A stretch of DNA of 61,716 bases, counting the filler, from Basidioascus undulatus (lineage: Eukaryota): NCBI GenBank assembly GCA_000826855.1. It is 10 parts of 10 records of this genome, joined end to end, with 100 filler letters (N's around TTAATTAATTAA, not from the genome) between each part and the next. Parts side by side here need not be neighbours in the genome. Positions count along the whole stretch, not along the records: positions 25,144 to 29,141 come from JTLS01002264.1; positions 29,242 to 33,222 come from JTLS01002265.1; positions 33,323 to 37,299 come from JTLS01002266.1; positions 37,400 to 41,376 come from JTLS01002267.1; 6 more parts are not named here. One strand, given 5' to 3'. This document shows, one piece after another, positions 28,330-39,187 of the stretch. The first letter of the stretch is position 1, and every line of letters begins with the position of its first letter. Made by a program: the position numbers and the translations under genes. The notes under the pieces are model-generated. The model searched no databases. It had not been told where the DNA came from and was given only the letters and a program-made list of their open reading frames with translations.

Positions 28330-29141
28330 AATGTCGCCTGAGCCGATCTTAAGGATTCGCCTGAAGATAGCCTAAAGTCTGCCCACCTGAAGTTGCCGGA
28401 AGGAGCCACCTAAAGATGGCTGTTGACGCTGTGACTTCGCCACGTTTCTCGGCAGGTTCTCTTCGTTCACCCACCTCGACATCGCGTACCCATTTATCTT
28501 CAAAGACTTGGGCTTGTTGGCTTCTACACTTCACAGGAACCCTTCATCGCAGCGCATCCTGTTCATCGTCTCTCTCCGCACCCAAAGTGAAAGCATGGCT
28601 GCATTTTGCCCGCGTCATGAAGGGCAGCCAGGCTGGTGTGGCCCTCCCCGGATGAATGGCAGCATTACTACACCAACGGCTAACTCTTCGGTGCGGGACC
28701 AGGTGATGGACGGGACGGTGTGGGAGGTGGAATGCATGGACGTGAAGGAGGCTCTCGCACAGGAGCGGATGTTGGGTCGGCTTCGGCATGTTGCGTAAGT
28801 GTTTTTTTGGTGGCTGAACACTCTGGAATTCGTGGTGTGTGGGGTACACTCTATCCAAGAGGCTGTCCAACACAGTCTCCAGTGCAACGCATTTTGGGAG
28901 TGATGTAGCACACTTTGCCTCAGGCTCTCGCTGAAGCGGAAGAGCTGGTGTATCTCCTCTGTATTTCCTTCCGGTTGCCATTTGGGAAAACTACAGGAGC
29001 GTTTGTTCTTGCAGCTCAGTGTCCCTTTTTGACTTCATGGGAGTTGAAAGAAAAGTTCCAAATCTTACTGCCTGTCTGGACCAGAATTCTAGGGACGCAA
29101 TTATCCCAAGGCAATGACCTCTTCATTAGGAACCCGTTCAA

Positions 29142-29241
29142 NNNNNNNNNNNNNNNNNNNNNNNNNNNNNNNNNNNNNNNNNNNNTTAATTAATTAANNN
29201 NNNNNNNNNNNNNNNNNNNNNNNNNNNNNNNNNNNNNNNNN
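29142..29241. other. Artificial contig linker
   Basis: Same 100-nt N/TTAATTAATTAA spacer. Confidence 0.98.
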
Positions 29242-29851
29242 ATCGGGGGGTGTGCTGGGGGGATGCGTGTGCGGCTTGGGTGGAGGGCTGTGTGCGGCTT
29301 GTAGTACTGTACTTTTATGGACCTGCGCGCGGGTTTGATGGGAACCTGTATTGCCTTTGTTTGAGTAGGCGTGTGTGGTGGGAAAGAGGGAGGGGGAGAG
29401 AGGTAGATCGTCCGACCTTGGGTCAGACAGGCACCGTCGCTCCTTGCTGTTTTCGTGTTGCATTACATTCACTCATCCAATCAAATCGTAATACAATCAC
29501 GATCCATTTCACTCAGACGCGCCTCGTCAACGTGTGCAGCGTGAATGTCCGGCAGTGCCCGCCGCATCAGCTGCTGGTGACAGGCCATACAGACCGAAAG
29601 CCCATGGCTTCCCCCGCTTCACATACCTGTTGTGCATGATGGACGCTTTGAACGTTGTAACTATTCTGAACTGTCCAAATTCCGGAGAATGCTGCATGGA
29701 CCCGTGTACGGTGTTGCTATACCGTCAGATTCCATTTCTCCTCGCACTTCGCTGTGCGCTTAGCTATCCCAGGGCCTCCCGGATCCCGGAGCACCGAATA
29801 AAAGGGTCCCTTCGTTTCTACTCCGTTACGTAGTTGCGGGGCAACCGTCTC

Positions 29852-31039
29852 CTAACGCCCTCCAGTACACCACACCACGGTTAAGCCGCGGCGGTTTCGT
29901 TTCACTTCCAGAACACTGCTAATGCTGACAGTGAAGAGCAACCTCTGCAGAGCCTTCAAACAGGTCTTTGTCGGGAAGTCGGCATTTAAATTTATGGGGC
30001 CATTCTGGTGAATCCAAGCTCGGACGCAGGCCTGCAAACTTAAGCGACCACCCAAGCAGCACCAAGAAAGACGCTGTGAACTGCCTCGTGAGTCCTCAAG
30101 ACCCCAGAGCGTACCTTCACGGATGTGGTTTTCGATCCAGTCACGCAACTCCCTCTTAGACAAGACGATCAACCGCACGACGTCCTGATGGAGCGGAAGC
30201 CACCGCATCTGAATGCCTTGATCGAGCCCCGCTTCCGTTTACTTGATACCCCACCGGCCTCACCGGGTGGATATAGAACCTCACAAGATGGGGTGATAAG
30301 GATGGTTTTTCGCACAGCTTGTCCATACTGGGCAAATCGCCGATCTCCAGCGGCGGGGCTGTGCCTCCATTCACTCGAGGGACTGAGGCGGCGAGGGGCA
30401 GAAAGCGAGGTGCGAAAGATGCGCGCATTCCAAAAGGACGTTGACGATGCGTTCGTCGTCGAAGTCGATCTGGTTGAAGGCCAAATGAGTGAGGTTCGAG
30501 ACGTCCCACGTCAGCATCATATGCACCAGCAGGTCTGACTGACTGTACACGAGCTTCTTGAATGCGACGACCTGGGGAAGCTTCCAAGAGCGTATCCCCG
30601 AAGTCGACTCCAAACATGGCGAGACGTTGCAGCGATGCACTCCCCTTGAACGTTTCCCCGAGCTCATTATACCGGTCCACGTAAACACTCGAGACACTCC
30701 GAACCGATAATTGCTACTTTCACAATCGGGGACAAGGAGAGCTTTGGTGTGGGCGACAAGGGTTTCCGCGAAGCGCTTGGCAGAAGCGTCAGGTGGGCTC
30801 GAGGTCTTCTGGGGCGGGGGGAGGGGCACTGAACACTTTAGAAATGGGTGTATGGGAAGGGCGATAGCTCTGTAGAGCACGGGGGTGGCAAGCCCCCTGA
30901 ACGATCGAGAGACGAGGCAGAGCGGGGCCAGGTCCGAAAGAGCAGACGCATCTCGAATGTTGGCGTTTGGGAGCGATGATTAACAGACCTCATCGATGAT
31001 GAGCCTGTGAACGTCGAGCGGGAGCTCTGGCGCTGGTAT
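29852..31039 (-). pseudogene. F-box-like/LRR gene with lost start, premature stop and frameshifts; 3' end approximate
   Basis: (ATA)PAPELPLDVHRLIIDEVC*SSLPNAN...LAPLCLVSRSFRGLATPVLYRAI; TAA at 30980-30982; LRR-like LQRLAMF and NLTHLAF...LSHLAF lie in two frames. Confidence 0.6.
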
Positions 31040-32338
31040 GGTGGTGGGTGCGAAGACAGAAGCGGGTTGGGGGGGGTGATATTCGAGACGAAGCAAGTGC
31101 AGTGGCAACTTGAAGGACAGTGGATGAGCGTTATGGTCAACGTGCCGGAACTTGAAGGAGTCGGGGAATGAGACGGTTGCATGCATACCTCCATCGTTTC
31201 TCCCCTTCCGCTTCTTCTCACGTCTCGCCGGTGACTTCGAGGAACGACTAAGGATAAATATTCGCCAGTATACAAGAATGAAAATCTGGCAACTTGTGGT
31301 GTTCCTAAATGAGGAAGAAGCCGGAAACGTGGCAGTGCGCGATCCTGATGCACATACTGCCCCACGGGTACCTAGAGCTTGGATGCTCTCTAACTTACTA
31401 ATACATCAGCACACTTAATCCCACCAAATACTGTTTGTATGCCTCAACGGTGTGTGCTCAACTCAGGCTTGCCCTGGCGTAGCACCGCATTGCATCCTGA
31501 AGCTCTGTGCACTTCGTACAAAACTCACAACTGATTGTCTGCCGACGCTTTTGCTTGATAATGTGGGCTACGCCCAAGTGTTGAGAGTTCCAGAGTGGAT
31601 TAGCATGGCCCGCACCGCTGTTCGGACTTTGACAGACAAATTTGCGGCGAAACGAGCGCGAGGTGCCCGTCAGTACTAGTACTGTGTTGGCGGATATTTT
31701 GTGGCTCGCCGTTGTCTGTGGGGGCCGATAGGGTTAATTTTAAAGAGGTGGTTCAGATAGCCATGAGAAGTGCAGTTAAGAGCTTCGGGAAGCCTGCAGA
31801 GGAAAACAGCCTCCATTGCCTGGGCCCTTCAGGACAGTCGGGCTGCAAGCTGTCGATCAGCTAATTGCTTCGGAGGCTCGAAAGAGAGATACTGTCGGTG
31901 TACTGGAATGTTGTAGGCTGTGCTCAGTCAACTGGTTCGCAAACCCATTTAGGTCCGTGCCAGGACCACTCGGACCTGGCCAGAGAGCCTCAGCGCCTGG
32001 CATCTGCTCTGCCAGCTGCAGCCCAGCACCCAGTCTGCTGAGATTCTGCTGAGTGAGCGCCATGCCGCATGCACCTGGATCCACGAGGGTTCAGTGAGAA
32101 ATACATAGCTTGTCGATCGTCGCCTGAAGACTTCCACCCCATGGTTGAGACGAGCCTTCTCTTCTCAGGCTCGCCCTCGTCGCTGTATTCTCTTCGTCCC
32201 CCCCCAGCCTTTGCTTTTCCCTCCCACACTCTCTCTCCTGTTCCAGCACATCAGCCGGCTGCGCGCGGTCCAGCTTTCAGGTTGGTCGCGCAACACCACA
32301 GCCTCACACTCCGCCGAACGACGCCGCCAAAGCTCAAG

Positions 32339-32374
32339 CAAACATACAGACAGACAGACAAACAAACAGACAAA
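32339..32374 (+). repeat. Imperfect tetranucleotide microsatellite (CAGA/CAAA/CATA)x9
   Basis: caaacatacagacagacagacaaacaaacagacaaa. Confidence 0.8.
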
Positions 32375-32685
32375 CAACATGGATGCTATGCGAGACGAGG
32401 AGAGAAAGAGATGCGTATGTGCCCAGAAACAAAAAGCAAGAAACAGAGACAGTGTGCGAGTGGACGAAAGTGCAGGGAGGGTTCGCGCGGTGGGCGGGGG
32501 AACGTGGGAGGAGGGAAGATCCAAGGACAACAGGTGAAGTACACGAGATCGATGGGGAGGACACAAGACGTGGAAGAGGATCCGGGTATGCCGTATTGGC
32601 ATTGAACCCAAGACAAGCGCGAAACTGTGCGCGAGAAACAAGAAATAAAGTGCTCTGGGGAAGTGAGTAGATGGGTGGGCGGGGG

Positions 32686-33222
32686 TTAGCCGCGTTCGAC
32701 GAGCCTCCTCGCCCTCCCCACATCCGCGCGCTGCACAAGCAAGTTGGCGGTGTTGTACGTCGAGGAGTAGAGGAGGTTGATGTCGTGCGAGGTGAGGAGG
32801 TGCGAGAGGCGGTTGATTAGGCCGACGCGGTCTTCATCCCAGCAGCTGTACATCAGTACTTCCTTTCTCGGGGGAGGGAGAGAGAGAAGGAATAAAGGAG
32901 GGGGTAGGGAAGCGAGGGGAGGAGAGAAGACCCACCGAGTGAACCCCCACTCAGATTGATACTCAAACACCTCAACCTCCCCCCCCCGCCCTCATCCTCC
33001 TCGAACACGCTCTCCCACTCCTCCTCCTCCTCCATGCCCACCTCCTCACCTAAATAGCCGGTCCGGGAGTAGGGGTGGAAGGAGTGGGGGGGCAGGTCGG
33101 CCGAGGGGTTGAGCGACGCGGAGGAGTGGAGGAGATGTTGTGTGGAAGGGGGGAAGAGGAGGCGGAGGAGGTGGAGAAGGAGCAGGGTGTGAGGAAGATT
33201 AGGGCGTACGATTTATGGCTGG
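32686..33222 (-). CDS. CASTOR-type ACT-domain protein, C-terminal part
   Basis: GRLRCLSINLSEWG...DRVGLINRLSHLLTSHDINLLYSSTYNTANLLVQRADVGRARRLV matches the ACT_7/CASTOR pattern (G++..+S..L....INL+Y+STY.T.++LV). The 5' part lies beyond the contig end. Confidence 0.78.
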
Positions 33223-33322
33223 NNNNNNNNNNNNNNNNNNNNNNNNNNNNNNNNNNNNNNNNNNNNTTAATTAATTAANNNNNNNNNNNNNNNNNNNNNN
33301 NNNNNNNNNNNNNNNNNNNNNN
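33223..33322. other. Artificial contig linker
   Basis: Same 100-nt spacer. Confidence 0.98.
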
Positions 33323-33333
33323 CGACTCGACAG

Positions 33334-33495
33334 ATCCCCTACGCCGCCAAGCTGCTCTTCCAGGAGCTGGCCGCGATGAAGTGCGTTGTTCTTCAATAAT
33401 CAGCTCTATTTCTGCATTCGAGCTGACTGTCCCCCACCCAAAGCATCGCCGCCCGCCTCTACTCCGATGTCACGACCACGGGCGGAGCGCGCTGA
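33334..33495 (+). CDS. RPB2: RNA polymerase II second-largest subunit, last two exons (RPC2 not fully excluded)
   Basis: IPYAAKLLFQELAAMN|IAARLYSD...* across intron 33381-33443 (GTGCGT...AAG). Confidence 0.82.
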
Positions 33496-33779
33496 TTCGC
33501 TTATTCCACCCCCCTCTTGACCGTCCGCCGTACACTCCGCACTTTTACCCCGTCTTGTTTCCCTTCCTTATCATCATACTCGCATGCTTGTAACCATTCT
33601 CGCAAAACCTGTACTTGAGCTAGGCAATGAGAAGTTATTGATCATCACATCTTGCGTGCTGCACGTGTAAGCTGCACTGTCACCGGTTTGCAGCAGCGAT
33701 CTAGGGCAGTGGCTACGTTCCAAGGCTCTTGCGTCCGTTTCATGTTTATGCTCTAGTTTGTACCTAGCCTGAACTACCA

Positions 33780-35506
33780 ATGCTTCTTGCTCAAGCGCAC
33801 GATCGACATCGTCTAAACTGGACAACGACGAACGTGCAGCTGGACGACTATATCCGGTAAGCGAAGCAGAGACTGCACTTCATGCACATGCTCTCTTCGA
33901 ACTCATTTTAATCCGTCTTCGTTGTGGCAGCGGTGGTCCGGGCCAGGCAACCTCGCGCTTGCCGCCGAGATACTGAGGGCTGCATCGGCGTCGTCAACCT
34001 AGACTCAGAACGACACAAACACGGTGAACAACTGGATTAACGGCGTTGTGCTGTCCCATGCGAACACCGCACTGGATCAGGACGTTTTGTTCCAGAACGA
34101 AGGTAAGTGCATTGGTCTTTCAGCGGCCACTCAACGTGTGTCGTGCTGTCCAGACTGATTGAAGTGTCATCCTGCCATGCTGCAGGCGCTTGCGGAGCAT
34201 TCGCCGCTCACGCATCCCCCATCTTCTCGGAGAACTCGACCCTCCTCGAGCACGTCATTGAGCGCTGTACAACCGGTCGCAACCCGTTACCCGGTCGAGA
34301 CGTAGTGCCGTGTAGACCTGTGGAAAGAGAAAAGAAGCAGTCAGAGGCTGTTGGGGGAAAAGGAGGAAAGACGAAAAGGAAAAGACAAGGGTGCGTTGAC
34401 ACTCATGCTCGCGCCGGCCCCGTTGCGGGGGTAGAAGTTGAGGCTGTCGTCCCTTGCGAAGAAGAAGATATCGTCCGTGACGCCCACCGCTTCTACAAGG
34501 GTCTTGAGGTGCGTCACGTTCCCGCCGTCTTTGTAGTGCCAGTAAATGTGCGCCATTGAGAACCTGCTGTCGAGCCATGACCGTCGAGGATGCCGCGGTT
34601 GTTGGTGTTCAGCCAGTCCCAGTAGGTGTATCCCTGTGGAAAAGGTTGCGGTACCGGAACTTTTCATACACAAGTGCAACGTACATAAAAGGAGTTGTTC
34701 GAGACAACGACAAAGTCGTAGTCGACATCGTAAGCCGGTGTTGTATTTTGCGTAGTAGTCCGACCCACGACGGATCGCCTCGTTGCTGAAAGACCACAAG
34801 TTCACGTGGTGTCTACTGTCCTCCGTTGAGCGCACCACCATATTCCAAGCAGTCAGCACAAAATTCAGCTTCTTACCCTGAATGACAAGCGTGCGGGCGA
34901 TCGCACCCTGGTTACGGACAGTCGCTAAAAGCGTTACACATGTCAGGCTCGCATTTTTCGGTGAAACAATTGTCGCAATAATACCTTTGGGGTGAGCCTG
35001 TGAAGGAAGGCAAAGACGAGCTCAGTGACTGCCAGAGTGGTAAAGCTGAAAATTGAAAGCGCACTTGGTCCCTCCCCGTCTCGTTAAGCTGGCTGCGCAC
35101 ATTGCTGACGGTACTGCATCAAAAAAGTACATCAGGCCTGGACATCAGCTACTTTGTCATACACGAGTATGCCTTATAGCGTTCACTCACCGTCCAAGGG
35201 CAACCCCCCTCGCTCGCAGGCTTCTACAACGGCAGCGCGACGCTCGTGCCCAACACGACGGTTGCGTACCGGGACCTGGGCATCGGCACACGCACGACGG
35301 GCATCGCCTTTACGGGCTACGCTCCGTCGGGTGCAGAGGGGAGCCTGGCCTACGCCGAGGCGAACGCGACGGCCTTCCTCAACTTCACGCTCCCGGCGTC
35401 GCGCACGTCCAACACAATCTCGGTTCCCCATCAGCACGAAGGACAAATCCCACATCGTCTTCATACCGACCGCGAACTCGTTGTTGACAAGCTCCTTGCT
35501 TACTGA
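33780..35506 (+). pseudogene. Alginate-lyase family (chondroitin AC/alginate lyase fold) pseudogene; central segment 34154-35137 inverted onto the minus strand
   Basis: Plus strand: RTIDI..NWTTT, WSGPGNLALAAEILR, with TAG at 34000. Minus strand: QLNETGRDQ|AHP, AIARTLVIQG, VNLWSFSNEAIRRGSDYYAKYNTG-YDVDYD, HIYWHY. Plus strand again: FYNGSAT...ELVVDKLLAY*. Confidence 0.7.
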
Positions 35507-35918
35507 GCGAACCGTCGTTTAGTGACATGCTTTTGCATGTTTTCTATACTTTCGGGCCTTACACAGTCCTCGCTTCTCATAAACCTCCTTCAAGCTCCTT
35601 ATTCTCGCTCCTGTCGCTCGGTCTCGCTCCCGTCGCACAATCTCTTATCCTGTCTCACTGATTGCATATGTTTCTGCCCGACTATCACCTCGTGTGGAGC
35701 TTCCAAAGTTCTGCATGCGATGCCGAGGCAGAAAAAAGCAATGAAGCCATGCGCAGCATCCGCTGTGCCCAGAAAGAAACTCGAAACTTGAGCTGCAGGG
35801 AAAGACACAGAATGTCACAAAAAAAGTCCCAATTCCGGAGGGACAACGCACTAGTCGCCTTCCACACCCAAGCGCTCTCCGAAAACTTCCACGCCATCCT
35901 CTCGTCCTTAGAAAACAC

Positions 35919-37299
35919 TCAAATCCACCCTGCCCCACCCGCCGCCCTTCCCCTCGAGCTCCTCGAGCTCCTCCTCCACGCTCTCACCAGCCAACCCGCG
36001 CTCCCCCGCCCCTGGCGTTCCACCTCCCCTCGGATACCATCAGACTCTCCCCCTTCCGCCTCCGGCTGTCTCGCCTCGACAGTGCCCCCTGGCGGATCCC
36101 TGCTCGCGCGTCCCGGCCGGCGCCCCCGCAAGCGCATCAGCGACATGCTGTCTCGGACGGAGAGGAAGACGTGCCCGAGACCTGTCGCTGCTGCTGCTGG
36201 AGCGCCGGATGCAGGTGGGGGGACGGCGGCTGGCGCGGCGATGGGAACGTGCGGGGCGGCGGCGAAGGGTCGCAGCGAGCGTCGCCTCCGAGTCCGTGTC
36301 GACCCCCAGGAGGCGGACGAGCTTGCCGCGTCCATGAATGCCCCGGCTGACGGCGAAGGCGACGGCCCCGGCTCCGGCGAATGGTGCACGCTCGCCCCCC
36401 ACGGGAGGTCGGGTTCGGACGGGACGGGCTGCTTAGGGTGCAGGGAAGTGATGTCTGGTGTCGAAGAGCGTCGGGACGGCGTGCGTGCGTGTGTGTGGGC
36501 TGCCCAGGGATGAAAGTACGAAATGCCGGAAGAAATGTGCCGGGGATGTAGGGAGGTGAGGTCGGGGGTGGAGGAGCGGTGGGAGGGGACGCGCTCGCGT
36601 ACTGCTGCTGGTGGTATGGAGGAGAGATGCTTCGGGTGTAAGGAGGTGAGATCGCGTGTGGACGAGCGGCGGGTGGCTGTCGGTGAGCGGTTTCGGCTTG
36701 CGCGGGGGGACGGGGGAGCGGGCGAGGAGGGCGAGTGTGCCGGAGCGGAGGGACCACGTCGGACTCTGAGCTGGGGCGAGGGCGGCGGAGCGAATACCGA
36801 GGGTGGCACTGGGCGGGAGAGCGAGTCGGCGGACGCGCTCCGCAGGGGGGCGTGCGAGGGCTGGGGAAGGTCTTGTGTTGGCGGAGGTGCGGGTACCGGG
36901 GAGTGTGAGTGCGGGGGAGAGCGTAGTGGGGAGAGGAGGTCCTGCACTGCCCCGCTGAGGGACATCCATGCCGCGTGCCCTTGACCTGAGCCTCTTCTCA
37001 TTCCCGGATCACTGCTCCTCCCCACACCCTTCTCAGCCTCCCCCTCCGCCTTCCCCTCCACGCAACGCACGCAAACGCACCTCCTCATCCTCCGCAACCC
37101 CACCTCCCCCTCCCCCCCAATCTCCTCCTTCCTCCTCCTCAACGCTTCCCGTCCCTCCCGCACACTTCGCACGCGCTCTGCAAACTCGCGTAAGAGCTCC
37201 TCAAGCCGCGCGTCGAGGCGTGCGAGCACGCGCGCGAGCGCGCGGTACTCCGTGAAGGGCTGGAGGGGGCGCTGTGGCGGGGGGGATGGACGAGATGGA
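35919..37299 (-). CDS. Hypothetical protein, C-terminal part: coiled-coil-like segment, CxCxxC, then a disordered region with three RSSTxDxTSLHP repeats
   Basis: Frame of >436 codons open to the contig end; the internal repeats are conserved at protein level. Confidence 0.65.
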
Positions 37300-37399
37300 N
37301 NNNNNNNNNNNNNNNNNNNNNNNNNNNNNNNNNNNNNNNNNNNTTAATTAATTAANNNNNNNNNNNNNNNNNNNNNNNNNNNNNNNNNNNNNNNNNNNN
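37300..37399. other. Artificial contig linker
   Basis: Same 100-nt spacer. Confidence 0.98.
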
Positions 37400-37600
37400 C
37401 CCCTCCTCGAGCATATCGAGGCCCGCCGCGACTTGCCCGCTCTCCCCGAGCTCGTTCTCAAGATCGATCCGGACTACGAGAGCGATGTCTGGTACCAGAA
37501 CAAGAGGAACAATGGGGAGCCGCCCGAGGAACTGGACGACGAAATGGAGGAGTTGTGGTGGAAGGGACAGCGTGCGGACTTCCAAAAGTTGGAGACTTAG
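37400..37600 (+). CDS. C-terminal fragment of a hypothetical protein
   Basis: Open frame PLLEHIEARRDLPALPELVLKIDPDYESDVWY...EELWWKGQRADFQKLET* with GC3-rich codons. Confidence 0.5.
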   Translation, partial: PLLEHIEARRDLPALPELVLKIDPDYESDVWYQNKRNNGEPPEELDDEMEELWWKGQRADFQKLET

Positions 37601-38000
37601 CTGAGGGGAAGGTTCTCAGGGTATGACTTGCGAGCAGCGACGCTCTGCCCTACTTTCGGAATAATCCCGTGTGATAGACTCGAACCAGATCCAAGTCTCA
37701 AAGTTGCAAAAGTGTACCTTGCCCTCTTCTCGATGGCCTGTGTGCGGCGTATCGGACGACCTAACGCATCACCCTGCCCGCAAGGTCTTCTATCGTTCGA
37801 CGAGCAGAACAACACCGCTTACACTTAATACCTTGAATTGTTTCAAAAGGGGTTGAGACGCCATGATGCCGCCTTTGTGCGGTGCATGCGTGAATGCAGT
37901 AGGCCAGAAAGCCCAGCCCCGAAGAACGAGCGATGCTTTGCGAAACAGCTTAACAATTCTATGATAAACGGCGAGCGCACTTGTCACATCAACCCTTCCT

Positions 38001-39187
38001 CTACTGGTTTCCAAAGAACCATAAAGCTTCCTCCAAAACCTCCTCTGGCTTCTCCTCCGGTATGTAGTGGCCGCTCCCCTCGACCGCCCTGCCGCTAACG
38101 AGCTCATCCCTCTTCGCAACTTTTCTCCACTCTGCCACCACATCGTAAAGTCTCCCAACAACACCCAAGCCGCCCCACAGCACCCGCGTTGGGCAAGCTA
38201 GCTTGCCAGAGTCGGCGCGATCGTGCTCCAGATCGATGGTTGCCGCCGCGCGGTAGTCCTGCTCAGACCGACGGCAGAAACACACTCCGTTAGCCCTTGC
38301 AGTGAAACCAGCAAGAAGACGATAAAAAGGCCCGCCTCGCAATACGCCTGAACGGCTGCACGGTCGGAAAGGGCGGAGAGGTAGCTTGATACGTCCGCCT
38401 TGTCGAAGAGGGAAAGGTCGCCACCGCCAGCAATTCCAAGGAGCTTGTCGAGGTAGGCCTTCGGGGCAGCGAGGATTGTGTCCTCTGGGAAGGGAGCAGG
38501 CTGCCAAGCTACTATATCGTGAGTCGTTTGTGTAACATAAATTTTGAAAAAGGCACGGGCCTGGATCAGGACTGCACAATTGTCGCTGTCAGCTGCTCAA
38601 GACTCGAAGTTGGACGACATAGGGGAATAGGCAGCGTACAGAACCAGTGCCAGTAGGCCTTCGCAAATGCCATGTCGGTTTTCTCATACATCGTCAACGT
38701 CGGGGCGATGTCGAGGAGCATCGCCCGTTGTACGCGGTCCGGATGGTCCATGGCCATGCGGTGCGTGACTCTTGCACCGCGGTCATGCCCGAGCACGTTG
38801 AACTTCTCGAATCCGAGCTGTTTCCTATCAATTGAGTAAGAAATATGTTAATCTCCCATTCATTTCGCTAACGCCAGCAAGCAGTATACGGACGACGACT
38901 TACATCACCTCCACCTGATCACGCGCCATCGCTCGCTTGGAGTACCGCTCGTGCTCCTCATCAGGAGCAGGCTTGGACGAATCGCCGTGTCCGCGCAAAT
39001 CGGGTGCAACGACGGTGAAGCGCTCGGCGAGTGGGGCAGCGATGCGCGACCACATGAGGTGTGACTGCGGGTGGCCGTGGATGAGGAGTAGGGGCGGGCC
39101 CGAGCCCGCTGTGCGGCCGTGGATGGTCACAGGCGGGTCGTTCGAGACCGTGATATCGAAGGTGCGGAAGTTTGAAGGGAAGGACAT
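38001..39187 (-). CDS. Alpha/beta hydrolase of the fluoroacetate/haloacetate dehalogenase family
   Basis: GSGPPLLLIHGHPQSHLMW, DLRGHGDSSKP, YSKRAMARDQ, GHDRGARV, LLDIAPT, YWHWFFLIQPAPFPE, YCEDYRAAATID, GHYIPEE. Four introns, two of them GC-AG. Confidence 0.9.

Noticed and set aside
31671..31684. Perfect 14-bp palindrome CAGTACTAGTACTG
   Set aside because: A few such palindromes are expected by chance in ~60 kb, and there is no supporting context.
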